Assembly: GCA_043228905.1 (NCBI GenBank) | Contig: JBHGNT010000010.1 | Coordinates: 9,486,001 to 9,550,000, forward strand | Reading direction: 5' to 3' | Source of the DNA: Azolla caroliniana | Taxonomy: Eukaryota; Plantae; Polypodiophyta | DNA: 64,000 nt | The notes under the pieces: generated by a model | Databases searched by the model: none | What the model saw: only the letters and a program-made list of their open reading frames with translations | Told to the model about the DNA's origin: nothing | Program-made: the position numbers and the translations under genes | Part shown: positions 1 through 10,935 of the stretch, piece by piece | Layout: each line of letters begins with the position of its first letter | How positions within the stretch are numbered: position 1 is the first letter of the stretch

Positions 1-2053
1 GCTTGTTCCGGCTCCGATTTCGCTCGTTGGGGAAAGGAAGTCAGTGTTGCTTCCCGAGCTGGCAAGCTTCACAAATTTGTGCCTTTCGGCCACTAAATTT
101 GGGCAATCCGAACACTACCTGTTTCGATTGCAGATCTTGAAGCCGCTGGTGGTTGACGTGGCCTATCCACTTGTGCCACAAGTCGATGTCCGACTCGGAT
201 TTTTGTCCCTTCGCGAACATTGCAATGCCGCCGTCAGTGGAGTCGAGGATGAACATCCTCCCATCTCTGCGCCCTTGCGCAATCACACGGCCTTCTTCCT
301 CAATGAAGCACCCGAGGTGTGTAAACCGAACCTCCATCCCTTGGTCAACGATCTGTCCGACCGAGACCAAGTTTTTCGTGATTGTCGGAACGTGCAACAC
401 GTTCATGAGTTTCCCTTTCTGCCCGACATGGCTAAGGGGAACTTCTCCGACATTCGCGATCGGATGCGGAGTGTCGTCTCCAGTTGCGACTACTCCAGGT
501 TGTATCGGATTTTCAAGGTATGAGAACCACTCCTTATGGCTCGTCATGTGGTTTGACGCGTCGGAGTCTACGTACCACACCTCGTCCGATCTCGGGGTGG
601 TCTGTTTCATTGAGTTTGCTTCGTGTCTCGTCACAAAGGCAGTCCCTTCTCCGGCTCTCCCGGAGTCTTCGGCGTAGTGCGATCGCTGCCGATTTCCCTT
701 GTCGGTATGTCTGGAGCCGTTCCCGGAACCAGTTCTCTCCGAATCGGCGCGCTTCTTCCAGCACTCACTTTCCCTGTGGCCTTTCTTGCCACAGTACCAG
801 CACTCCGCGATGGACTTCCCTTGCCGGTTCTCATCGCTTCGGCTCCCCCTGTTTCCGAAGGGTTCGGAGTTGCTGTCGGCATCACTTCAGTGCCTTCTTC
901 CTTGATCTCGTCGGCCGCCTCCATTGCGCGCCGACTCGCCTCATCCTCCACGTCCACGAGGCCTATCTCCCTCCGTGTACAACATTCTGTTGTCGGTGTG
1001 CATGCTTGTAGACGCACTCGCGTGGTTCTCCTCTACCAGGAGCATCGACTGTAAGTCGAAAAAGGACGGCGTATTCTCCCGGGTACACACAGCCGTTCGG
1101 AACGCTCCGAACTTCGACGCCAAACCTCCGAGACAGATCTGGACCATCTCGCTCTCCTCGATGTTCACCTCTATGGAGGCGAGGGAGTTGCAGATATCCT
1201 TGATCTTCGAGGTATAGTCCGCCACCGACAAGTCGCGTTGTCGTAGGTTGCTCAACTCCTGTCGGAGCTGAAGCTTCCTGGTTGTGGTGCTCGTGGCGAA
1301 AATCTTCTTCAGATTTTCCCACGCACCCTTCGGCGTCTTTGCATCCCGAACATAGCTCAATAGCTGTTCGCCCACACACGACGCGAAGTAGTATAATACC
1401 CTGCTCGCCGATTGCTCCCACGACGGAAAGTCTCTGTGTGTCGATTCGGGTGCCGCGTCATTAGCTCCTTCGACATAACTCCAATAGTCGTGCCTGAGCA
1501 GGTACTGGTGCATCTTGTAGGACCAAGACACGTAGTTGGTTCTGTCGAGCTTCTCTGTTGGAAGCGAGCTCGCCATGCCTCTATCCATCGTTCTTCTTGT
1601 TCTTCTTCGTCAAGTTGTGTCGGCTGCAGAGAGGTTCTCAACCCTCGCGCTCTGATACCATGTAAAAAGTAGCATGCGGAAGCAAGTATAAAGACAGAAC
1701 AGAAGGGAGAACACTCAGGTTTAATGGAGAGCTTAAGCTTACACGGTATACGCGGGAGAGACAGAGAGAGTGAGAGAGAAGACTCAAAAACTATATTCAA
1801 TAATAATACTTAATCTGTACATAAGACGTGCTCAGTGAACACTTTTCTACAAGTCCTAGAAGGACTGACCGAAGTACTGACAGTACTTCAATGCTCATCA
1901 AGAGCTCCTACACTAACTCCCAAATATATTCCTCACGAAATATCTTTCCTAACGACCTCCGGTTTACGCACTCGACCTAACCGATCTGTCCCAACTGATC
2001 CGGTCCTCGGCTTCTTCAGCCGATCCGGCCGATGTTGAGCTTGTCTCTCAACA
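1..2053 (-). mobile_element. Ty1/copia LTR retrotransposon, 5' part (continues past the left edge); frameshifted gag-protease-GAG_pre-integrase
   Basis: 5' LTR 1661-2053 (minus strand TGTTGAG...TACA). PBS TGGTATCAGAGC (tRNA-iMet) at 1649-1660. Gag ORF 941-1588 (EKLDRTNYVSWSYKM...). Protease WYVDSDASNHM and pre-integrase LWHKWIGH...CEAC in ORF 41-634. Same family as 41288-47192. Confidence 0.93.
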
Positions 2054-4525
2054 ATAGCTTTTTACCCTCTCATTTGGTGTCATTTCCTATTTGTCTTTCT
2101 CTCTTGCTCTCTCTCTAACGTAACCCCCTTGGGAGGGGAGGTGAAGCCATTCTAGGCTTCACCCCCCACCCCAACAACACTTTTGGCACGACCGACAGGA
2201 TGACCCTCCATTGGAGAAGAAGTCACGTTTCCCTCCCTTGCTCTCCCTCTCCAACTAAAGTTTCTCTCTCCCTCTTTGCATCTCTATGTGTGTGTGTGTG
2301 TGTGTGTTAAAAAACATACAACTCAAGTTTGGGTGCCATTGATTTCAAGCAAGTAAGGAAGTGTATGCAGCTAAAGAAAGCTAAACAGATCGAGGAAGCT
2401 GAGAGAAAGCATGTTTAGGAAGCAAGAAGAAGAGCTGAACTCCATGGCGGTTCCCTATTCTAGAGATGCCATGGCAAAATATGTCCACAGTTAGGCCTCC
2501 CAACTGTGTCTCTACAAGTTGCTGCAAGGTCCCAAAAAGAAGGTGCTTTAGACCTTTGGTCTGACAAAGATGGACCTGAACATTTTTGAATCTCAAGCTC
2601 TTCACAACTATGGCCTCTACCATCACACCCCACTCAATCGCTTTCTTCCCAACTCTTTGCCCCACCTCTTTCTTCCCAACTCTTTCTTCCCAACTATGGC
2701 CTCTACCATCCTAACTCTGAAGAATGAGGAACTTCTTCAGAGACTATCCGACATCCCTTGACATGCGGTTAGACGATCGAACGGACGAAGATAGTCAGCA
2801 GACGGCGACGGACAGACAAATGACCGATAGCCAGCGGACGGACAACCGCAAACACAGCCACGGAGACGGACCGGTAGTCGGCCAACGACCGCGGAGACAA
2901 CCGAAGGACAACCGACCCCGAAGGGCAGCCGAAAGACTGAGACACAAACCTGGACAGAGGTTCGACGACCGGCGAACGGTGAACAGCCAACAGATGGCAA
3001 CGGTCGAGAATGACCATGGCCGAGAGGACATCTGAGATGCGGCCGAGAGTACTGCCAAGCGATGGCCCAAAAACGACAGCCGAGACACGCGGCGAAAAGC
3101 ATAGCAAAGACGCGAGGCCATATTCGGGACCCAGAATACGCCCGAGACACGTTGCCAAGATGCGCGGCCCAGAATACGGTTGAGGTGCGCGGCCGAGATG
3201 CGTTGTCGAGGTGTACGACCAAGAAATGGTCGAGAAACTGAGACGTTGTGGAGACACAGCTGAATGGTTGCCATCAGACAGCCACGACTGACGAACAAAG
3301 ACGGCCAGACGAATCGCCGGCCGGATAGATGGCCACGAACAGAGCTGGCCAGCCGGTTGGACAACGGACAACAGGGCAATAGAGGCGACGCATAGGTAGA
3401 TGGAGAAGGGCCAGAGACGGCCAATGGAAGAAGAAGAACTCAAGAAGAGGAAAGGAAGAAATGAGAAGATACGTGGAAGACATAAGGATGCACAGAAAAC
3501 AGAAGAAGAAAAAGGAAAAGAGGTGAACAAGATCGAAACAAGGGAGCAGGGGAAAGGAAGGGGAATAGAAGACAGAGAGAAGAAGAACGCTGAAAAAGAC
3601 AAAGAAGAAACAAAAATAGACACAACGAATTCGACTACAGAAGAGGAATAAGAAAGAATAGAGAGAAAAAGAAAATAGAAGAAAAAGAAAGAACACACAA
3701 AGAGAAGGAAAACAGGAAGAAATGAAGAGCACTAAGAAGAAGCAGAAGAAGAGAAGAACGCACAAGAAGAAAAAGAGGAGCTAGAAGGAAACGAAGAAAG
3801 AGATGAGGGGTATGAAGAGAAAATTTCATAAACATAAGGGCAGAGAAGATGAAATTTCGAAAACTCTAGGGCCGAAAATAAAATTTCAAAACATTTGAGG
3901 GTAAAAATTTTAGAGACCAAGGGTACAAAATCCAAAGCTCAATTCGCATGAAGAAACCGAAAAATACACATACATGTAACAGAATCATGAGGCCCATGCC
4001 GCAATGGAGGAGCCAATTGGTGTGTGATCCAATTGAGCGACATGCTGACCGAACGAGAAGGTTCGAGTCAAGCAATGGTCTGATCGAAGTTATCGATCGT
4101 AGAGCTATGATCCGGTTGATGGATTTCCTACCGTTGAGATGACCGATGGAGTTCTGGTCGTTAATAGTTGCCATGGTGAGTGGGTTCACCGTGTGATGCA
4201 TTGTCCCACAGGCGTGCCATGTGTTACCCGTAGGAGTTGTACGGGGCGGTATAAGGGTAAAACATGTTAAAGGGGTTGTTCGGTATGTGTAATGTATATG
4301 AGTGTGAGGATGAGTATGTGTAAGCACATGCATGTAACGGTCTCTTTTTGTAACGGACATATTATTTATCGTTACATTATGTACTTAGTCTATTAAAACC
4401 CCTTATGGGGGCACATAAGGAATATAGCTTTTTCCCCTCTCATTTGGTGTCATTTCCTATTTGTCTTTCTCTCTTTCTCTCTCTCTAACATAACCCCCTT
4501 GAAGGCTTCACCCCCCACCCCAACA
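2054..4525 (+). mobile_element. Non-autonomous LTR element, family A copy 1 (5' LTR cut by the copia at 1-2053)
   Basis: LTR remnant 2054-2176 matches the end of the LTR at 4222-4525 (TGTTACCCG...CCCCAACA). PBS-like TGGCACGACCGACAGGA at 2184. No gag/pol motifs. Internal GC-rich, purine-rich and 3' regions are homologous to 8800-10155. Confidence 0.88.
2341..2580 (+). pseudogene. Captured fragment resembling the N-terminus of plant DEAD-box RNA helicase RH33/RH48
   Basis: One frame from 2341 reads KQVRKCMQLKKAKQIEEAERKHV*EARRRAEL...VAARSQKEGALDLWSDKDGP, with two stops. This resembles the RH33/RH48 N-terminal motifs as I recall them (KRMHEKKAR, LYEARIRTEI, ADRFMKAGAEDFWNENDGP). Confidence 0.65.
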
Positions 4526-6223
4526 AAACACACTTGGATATATTTGATCGAGAAGTCTTATTCCGTTTTCGGGACCTAAAGAATCATGTTGAACGAGAAA
4601 CCGGACGCAAGATCAAGTGTCTGAGATCGGATGGCGGAAAAGATTACATTTTCGGTCAGTTCACGAGTTATCTATAGACGAAGGGAATCCGACGAAAGTT
4701 CTCCTGTAGATACATGCCAAAGTAGAACGGTGTGGCCGAGCGTCGGAATCAGACATTGGTAGAAGCGGCAAGGATGATGCTAGAATAGAAATGCATGCCC
4801 CGGATTTATTGGGCCGAAGCAATTCAGATTGCTATCTACATACAAAATCGGACATCTGTCTTAGGGACAAAGGTGTCACTACACGAGCTGTATTTCGAGC
4901 GAAAGCCGAATTTAGCGCACCTTCGGGTATTCGGCAACATTGCCTATGTGCATGTGCCAGATGAGAAGAAGAAGAAACTGGATGCAAAATCCGAGAAGTG
5001 CATCCTGGTTGACTACTCCGACGAACATAAGGTGTACAAGTGTTACAACCCCCGTTCAAAGCAAGTCCATGTTAGCCATGATGTCATCTTCGACAAATCA
5101 ACATCTTGGTACTTCTCATCACCCGAACCCAAACCGATTGTTGTGGATGATGCAATTGATTCCAGAATAGAAGGAAGCATAACGGAATCTGAACCAGATA
5201 GTCCGACTTCCCTCCAAATCAGTGGATTGAATCCAGACTGGTTGAGCTGAAACGGTCAACCCGATGACGAGCCGACGAGTAGTGAAGACTCGGTCGTGCT
5301 CTCCCCGCACCAGGAACCGAGGAGACGGATCACGCGTAAAGAAAAAGGGAAGAAGAAGCTGCCGGAGTATGACAGATAGGGAAGAGTCGGATCGGAGCGA
5401 GTCCGATTCCGGAAAGAACAAAGTCGGATCTTTGAAAGAGAAGTCTGAGTTGACCAAGAGGTCCACGAAATCGAAGAACCAGAAGTTGCGCAGTTCCACT
5501 CGCCAAAAGCACCATGTAGTTCGGTACAGATATAAGGAGTATATGGCGCTCATTATGAGTACATGGTGAAGGTGGCAACCATGCGTGAACCGGAGAGCTA
5601 CGCTAAAGCGCCTAAGGATCCGGATTGACGGAAGAGATGCACGCACTCATTGAAAATGAGACATGGAACTTGGTGGATGTATTGAAAGGAGTGAAGCTAA
5701 TCGGTTGCCGGTGGGTATACAATGTCAAATACAACATTGATGGCTCCGTTAACCGGTACAAGGTCCGATTAGTGGCAAAGGGCTATGCACAACAACACGA
5801 CATTAACTATGATGAGACGTTCACGTTGGTCGCAAAGATGACGATCGTCTATGTCTTGCTTGTGGTTGCAGCAACAAAGGGGTGTCATCTACATCAAATG
5901 GATATGAAAAATGTGTTCCTGCAAGGTGATCTTGAGGAACAAGTATACATGGTTCAGCTCCTCGGATTTCAATCCAGAATGAACACGTTGGCCATTTACG
6001 GACTGAAGAAGTTCCTTTACGGAGTAAAGCAAGCCCCGCGTGCTTGGAATGCAAAAATCACGCAACATTTGAATCATATGAGGTTTGTCGCGTCGAGTTC
6101 ATACTCTTCCCTGTTCATCCAGCGGGGACGGAAAGGACCGATAAGCATTTTGCTTTATGTTGATGATTTAGTCATCGCCGGCGCCAACCTGGACGAAATT
6201 GACCGCGTCAAGTCCGAACTCGC
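4526..6223 (+). mobile_element. Degenerate Ty1/copia integrase-RT fragment (host of family A copy 1)
   Basis: Integrase motifs HTWIYL, LRSDGG, YWAEA and HLRVFG (ORF 4795-5250). RT motifs IGCRWVY, LHQMD and LLYVDD (ORF 5625-6248). Stops and frameshifts present. Confidence 0.9.
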
Positions 6224-6493
6224 TGTCAGGAACTACGTGCTCCGATGAACAACGCTCAGACACAACCAAGCTTAGAATCAAACACAGAAAACGGGTGATG
6301 AACGCACGACACAGTGAAGAGAAGAGTACACAGGATGTTAATGTGGAAAACCCAAACTAGGGAAAAACCACGGCAGCCCACAGACTGCAAACTATCACTA
6401 TATCAGAATGTACAATAGTAGAGCACCGAGGCAACGACCTCGAGCTTGCTATCTTCGCCACAGGCGGCGGTTACAACATAGGCAACGACCTCT

Positions 6494-6528
<35 letters not shown>

Positions 6529-6991
6529 TACACTATTGCGCGCTCTAATCTTGCACCAACAAGAATGACAACAGACAACACTCTAAGTTTGCCCTAAGTC
6601 ATATTTATACTAATATGACTTTTCGGCTATTTACAAATATAGCCCCGATGGACTCTCAAAAACATATTTCCGAATATGTCCCTTCATCCAGTTAGCACTC
6701 CTCACCGGGCTTGCATCATCCGGCGCTTGCCGGGCACACATCATCTGGTTCTCACCGGGTCTTCTGTAGCCGGGTACTCCACATCCGGATTCGGTCTCGG
6801 CCTATCGGCCTCGATCGAGTTTGCTCATCAGTACTGTTCTTCTCACTTCCCATTCGGAGGGACCTGTTTCCTAACAAACTCCCCCTTCACTCCGGCATGG
6901 GATATCTTACTAGTCCGATCCGCTTCCGGCATGCATCCAGCTTGTCGGGTATCAATACTTTGGTTAGCATATCTAACCCGTTCTCGACCGT

Positions 6992-9900
6992 TGTTACCCG
7001 TAAGAATATACGGGGAGGCATAAGGGTATGTGTAATGATGTGGTTGATGTGTATGTGTAAAGTAAATGAGTATGTGTGAGCACATGCACAATTATGTGCA
7101 TGTGACAAGAGTGTAACAGTCGTCTCTTTTGTAACGGTCACTATTTACCGTTACATTATGTATTATATAAACCCCTTATGGGGCAAGTAATGGATATACA
7201 TTTTTCACCTCTCATTTTGTGTCATTTCCTAGTTGTCTTCCTCTCTTGCTCTCTCTCTCTAACGTAACCCCCTTGGGAGGGGGGTGAAGCCATTCTAGGC
7301 TTTACCCCCCCCCACCCCAACAACACTTTTGGCACGCCCGAACGGCCGACCTCCCTTGAGAAGAGGTCACTCTCTCCCTCCCTCCCTCTCTCGCTCCATC
7401 ACTAATCCCTAACTAATCCGTCGTTCTCTCCCTCTGTGTGTGTCTATTTGCTCATTGTGAGAGAGTGATGCAAAGCATAGCTATGACACGATGGACCAGC
7501 AAGGTAAGAGATCCATAGCGTCAGAAAGAGGAAGATCTCGAGATCAAGTGAGTGTAAGAAAGAGGAAGATCTCCACATCAAATGAGTGTTGGTGCCTCTG
7601 AAAAATCTGATGAGGTAGTTCAAGGTTCAAAATAAGAAGAAGATAAGATGCTCCATAAGCATGCAGCAGAGGTCCAGTCAGCCATGTCTACCGTCCTTTT
7701 CTGCCATGATGGGTCATCCCATCACGAAGTTGTCCGCTCAGCACATGGCTTCTTACTCTCTGTGCGATGACGATCACCTCCTCACATCTTGCTCCTTGCC
7801 TGCTACTGTTCTTCATCACGCATCGTACTCGATTCTCTGCTACATAGGGTTTAGAACTTCTGTTGGTGCCCTCCCTCAAAGAGGACAAGTAGTGACAGCC
7901 AGGGTAGCTTCTGGCTGTAGAAGAAACTCTAATGCTATTTTCTTGAGGAAAGTATAGAGGAAGTATAATTTCCAAGCCTCGCGAAACTTTTTCTAGACCT
8001 TGGCAGAATCAGGTACAGGGTTGGAGCGCACCACAATGGAAGATATGGATATTACAGTCCGCACTCATCTAAAGGGTGGAAGTTCATTCTTCCCAAGTAT
8101 GTGAAGTGTCTGTGAATTGCTGGAATGCTATGAGGCATACTCGAAGCAACAACACCACTGGCATTCAGGACCGATGCAGTAGAAGGAAAGGGAACTCTTT
8201 CTATTTCGTCTTTGTCTTCCAAATATCATTCATCCAAGATCTTGATTTGGAAGAAAGGGAACTTGATATTCGTTTTCTCTTTTTCTTGCTTGGGAAGCTC
8301 ATACTTCCATTCTACTCATTCAATCTGTTCTGCATAATTCTTCCCATGACCATGTTTATTTCCTGAGGCCCAGTTGCCTGGATGGGTTGTGTACTATGTA
8401 CTAGCACTGATGTTGGCTTTTGAATGTTTTACCCGCTCCAAAATCATTCCCTAAATTGTTCCTTACCTTCTCTTCGAAAACACTATGTCAGTAACCATAT
8501 TCAATCCTATGGTTTCAGGTTTAATTCAGCTTGGAAGTGCCTATGAGTGGGTTGTGACCAAGATTGTTGGTAGAGCTTCGGAGACAGATTTAATGGGCAT
8601 TGCTGAAGAGGGAGAGCATCATCAATGCGTCTGTTGCAGACATAGATGCTAAAAAGAGTGAACAAAACAATGGGAGTGTTCATGCTAGGAAGAGAAAGAT
8701 GAATCGTATCTATAGCAAGCAACTTGTGATCGCATATGTTCTACTCATTACGCTCAGACAAGAACTTCTTGTTGCACAACAATGATTAGAGAGATTTCAC
8801 CAAGGTATATGTGGTCCGCCGGACAGAGGTCCAACAGTCGGTGCCAGCAACCGCCGAACAAAGACATAGGGTGGCTGAGTGTAAGACCGAGACACGTGGC
8901 CTAGAGCACTGCCGAGACGTGAGAATATGGCCGAGATGCACGGTCGAGAGTATAGCCGAGATGCGTGGTTGAGTGTACGGCCGAGACGCGTGACCGAGTG
9001 TACGGCCAAGTGATGGCCGAGAGAAGGTTGGGCCTCAAATCGGCTGAGAGATCAGCGTCAGCCAAGAGCCTACCGTGATACAGCGACAACCGACGGCGGC
9101 GGACAGACAGAGAGCCGGCCGAAGGAGAGAAAGAGACAGCCAAGCCACAGACATTCGGAGGATAGCGGACGAACAGTGACGACCGGACAGACGGTCCGGC
9201 AGTCGGCTAGCCAAACGGTCGAGAAATTGAGGCCGAAAGACGGCCCCAAATAGAGCCTACCCGTGCATAGGCGCGGGTGGGCAGCCGAACCGGCTGAGAG
9301 ATGACCGACGTCTGACAGAGGGCCGGAAAGACACGGCCAACGGGCAGGCCGAACAGAGACATCCGTGGATAGCGGATGGAGCCAACCGGCCAATGGAGAC
9401 GGTTATGGACAAAGCCGGTCACAGGACAGGGCGGCCGACGGACAGCTAGCTAGACCGCCGACAGACGGCTAGACGGTGGCCGGATGGCGAGTGGAAATGA
9501 CGGCCGGACAGAATGACAGATGCAAAGAAGGTCGCCAGGAGAAGACCGACGCAGAGAAGAAAGAGAAGACATACGCAAGAAAAGAAAAAGAAGAAAGGAG
9601 GGAGACGAGAAAAACAGACGAAGAAGAAATTAGAAGAAAGAAGAAGATACAGATAGAGAGAGAAAAAGACAAAAAGAAGAAGAAGAGGGGCCCAAAAGAA
9701 AATTTGAAAAATAGAAGGGCATTTCATAAAATTTCAATAATTCGAGGGCATAGCATCGAATTTCAGAAGCTTGGGTGCAGAAAGAAAATTTCGAAAACAC
9801 AAGTGCCAAAAATAAAATTTCAAAAAATTTTGAGGGTAAAAATTTTAGAGACCAAGGGTACAAAATATAAAACTCACTTCACATGATGAAAGAAAGAATA

Positions 9901-10444
9901 CACAAATGCACAACACGATTTCACGACCCATGCCACATTGAACTAGTCGATTGGTGTATGATCCAATCGCGACTTGTGCTGACCGAACGAGAAGGTTCGA
10001 GTCAAGCAAAGCTCCGATCAAAGTTATCGATCGTAGAGCAGTGGTTCGGTTGAGGGATTTCCAACTATTGAGACGATCAATGGAGTTCCGATCGAGAAGA
10101 GTTGCCATGGCGAGTGGGTTCACCGTGCAATGCACTGTCCCACAGGTGTGCCATGTGTCATAAGGGTATGTGTAATGATGTGGTTGATGTGTATGTGTAA
10201 AGTAAATGAGTATGTGTGAGCACATGCACAATTATGTGCATGTGACAAGAGTGTAACGGTCACTATTTACCGTTACATTATGTATTATATAAACCCCTTA
10301 TGGGGCAAGTAATGGATATACATTTTTCCCCTCTCATTTTGTGTCATTTCCTAATTGTCTTTCTCTCTTGCTCTCTCTCTAACGTAACCCCCTTGGGGGG
10401 GTGGGGGTGAAGCCATTCTAGGCTTTACCCCCCCCACCCCAACA
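6992..10444 (+). mobile_element. Non-autonomous LTR element, family A copy 2
   Basis: 5' LTR 6992-7322. 3' LTR 10156-10444 is near-identical but has two short deletions. PBS TGGCACGCCCG at 7330. Imperfect TSD ACCGT/ACCGC. Interrupts a copia RNase H whose sequence resumes at ~10445. No retroelement ORFs. Confidence 0.92.
7995..8785 (+). pseudogene. CSLC: Captured cellulose synthase-like C (xyloglucan glucan synthase, GT2) fragment, degenerate
   Basis: Collinear CSLC motifs across frameshifts: LAESG..LERTTMEDMDITVR (8000-8062); [23 protein letters not shown] (QxxRW motif region, 8111-8179); [16 protein letters not shown]; [21 protein letters not shown]; PAPKSF; [34 protein letters not shown] (from 8461); RKRKMNRIYSK. 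Confidence 0.9.
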
Positions 10445-10935
10445 ACCGCTGTGTGGATCTTCGTCAGCGCGAACTCCTGGTCATCTACTCTTTCCCAGAT
10501 ATCGTGATACTTTCGCTGGATATGCTTCGTCCGGGAATGCTAGGCCGCATTCTTAGCAAGGTGGATGGCACTTTGACTATCGCAATAGAGCTAGTATTCA
10601 TCTTGCTAGATACCGAGCTCTCCGATGAAATCCTTCATCCATAATATTTCCTTGCCGGCTTCCACAACCGCCATGTACTCCACCTCCGTGGTTGACAACA
10701 CAACCGTCTTCTGCAGCCTTGACTGCCATGAAACAGCTCCCCCTTCATATGTCATTACATACCCGGATGTAGACCGGCTGGTATCCACATCAGCCGACAT
10801 GTCTGAATCGGTAAAACCGTCAAATTGAGGTTTACCGGAGCCGAATCGGAGACACATATTTGAAGTGCCCTTCAATTACCGAAGTATCCATTTGACCGCA
10901 TTCCAGTGCTCCTTGCGGGGATTGCTCATAAACCG

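Noticed and set aside
2737-3835. Long ORFs in the family A interior (e.g. 2769-3698, also 9446-9886)
   Set aside because: Low-complexity F/S/L or K/E/R translations arising from purine-biased and GC-rich repeats; not conserved as proteins between the two copies.
4043-4074. GGTTCGAGTC B-box suggesting a tRNA gene or SINE
   Set aside because: No A-box or cloverleaf could be built; it is better explained as one arm of a hairpin.
7607-7614. CTGATGAG hammerhead-core-like motif (retrozyme hypothesis for family A)
   Set aside because: No stem II followed by GAAA, it is not in the LTR, and it is absent from copy 1.
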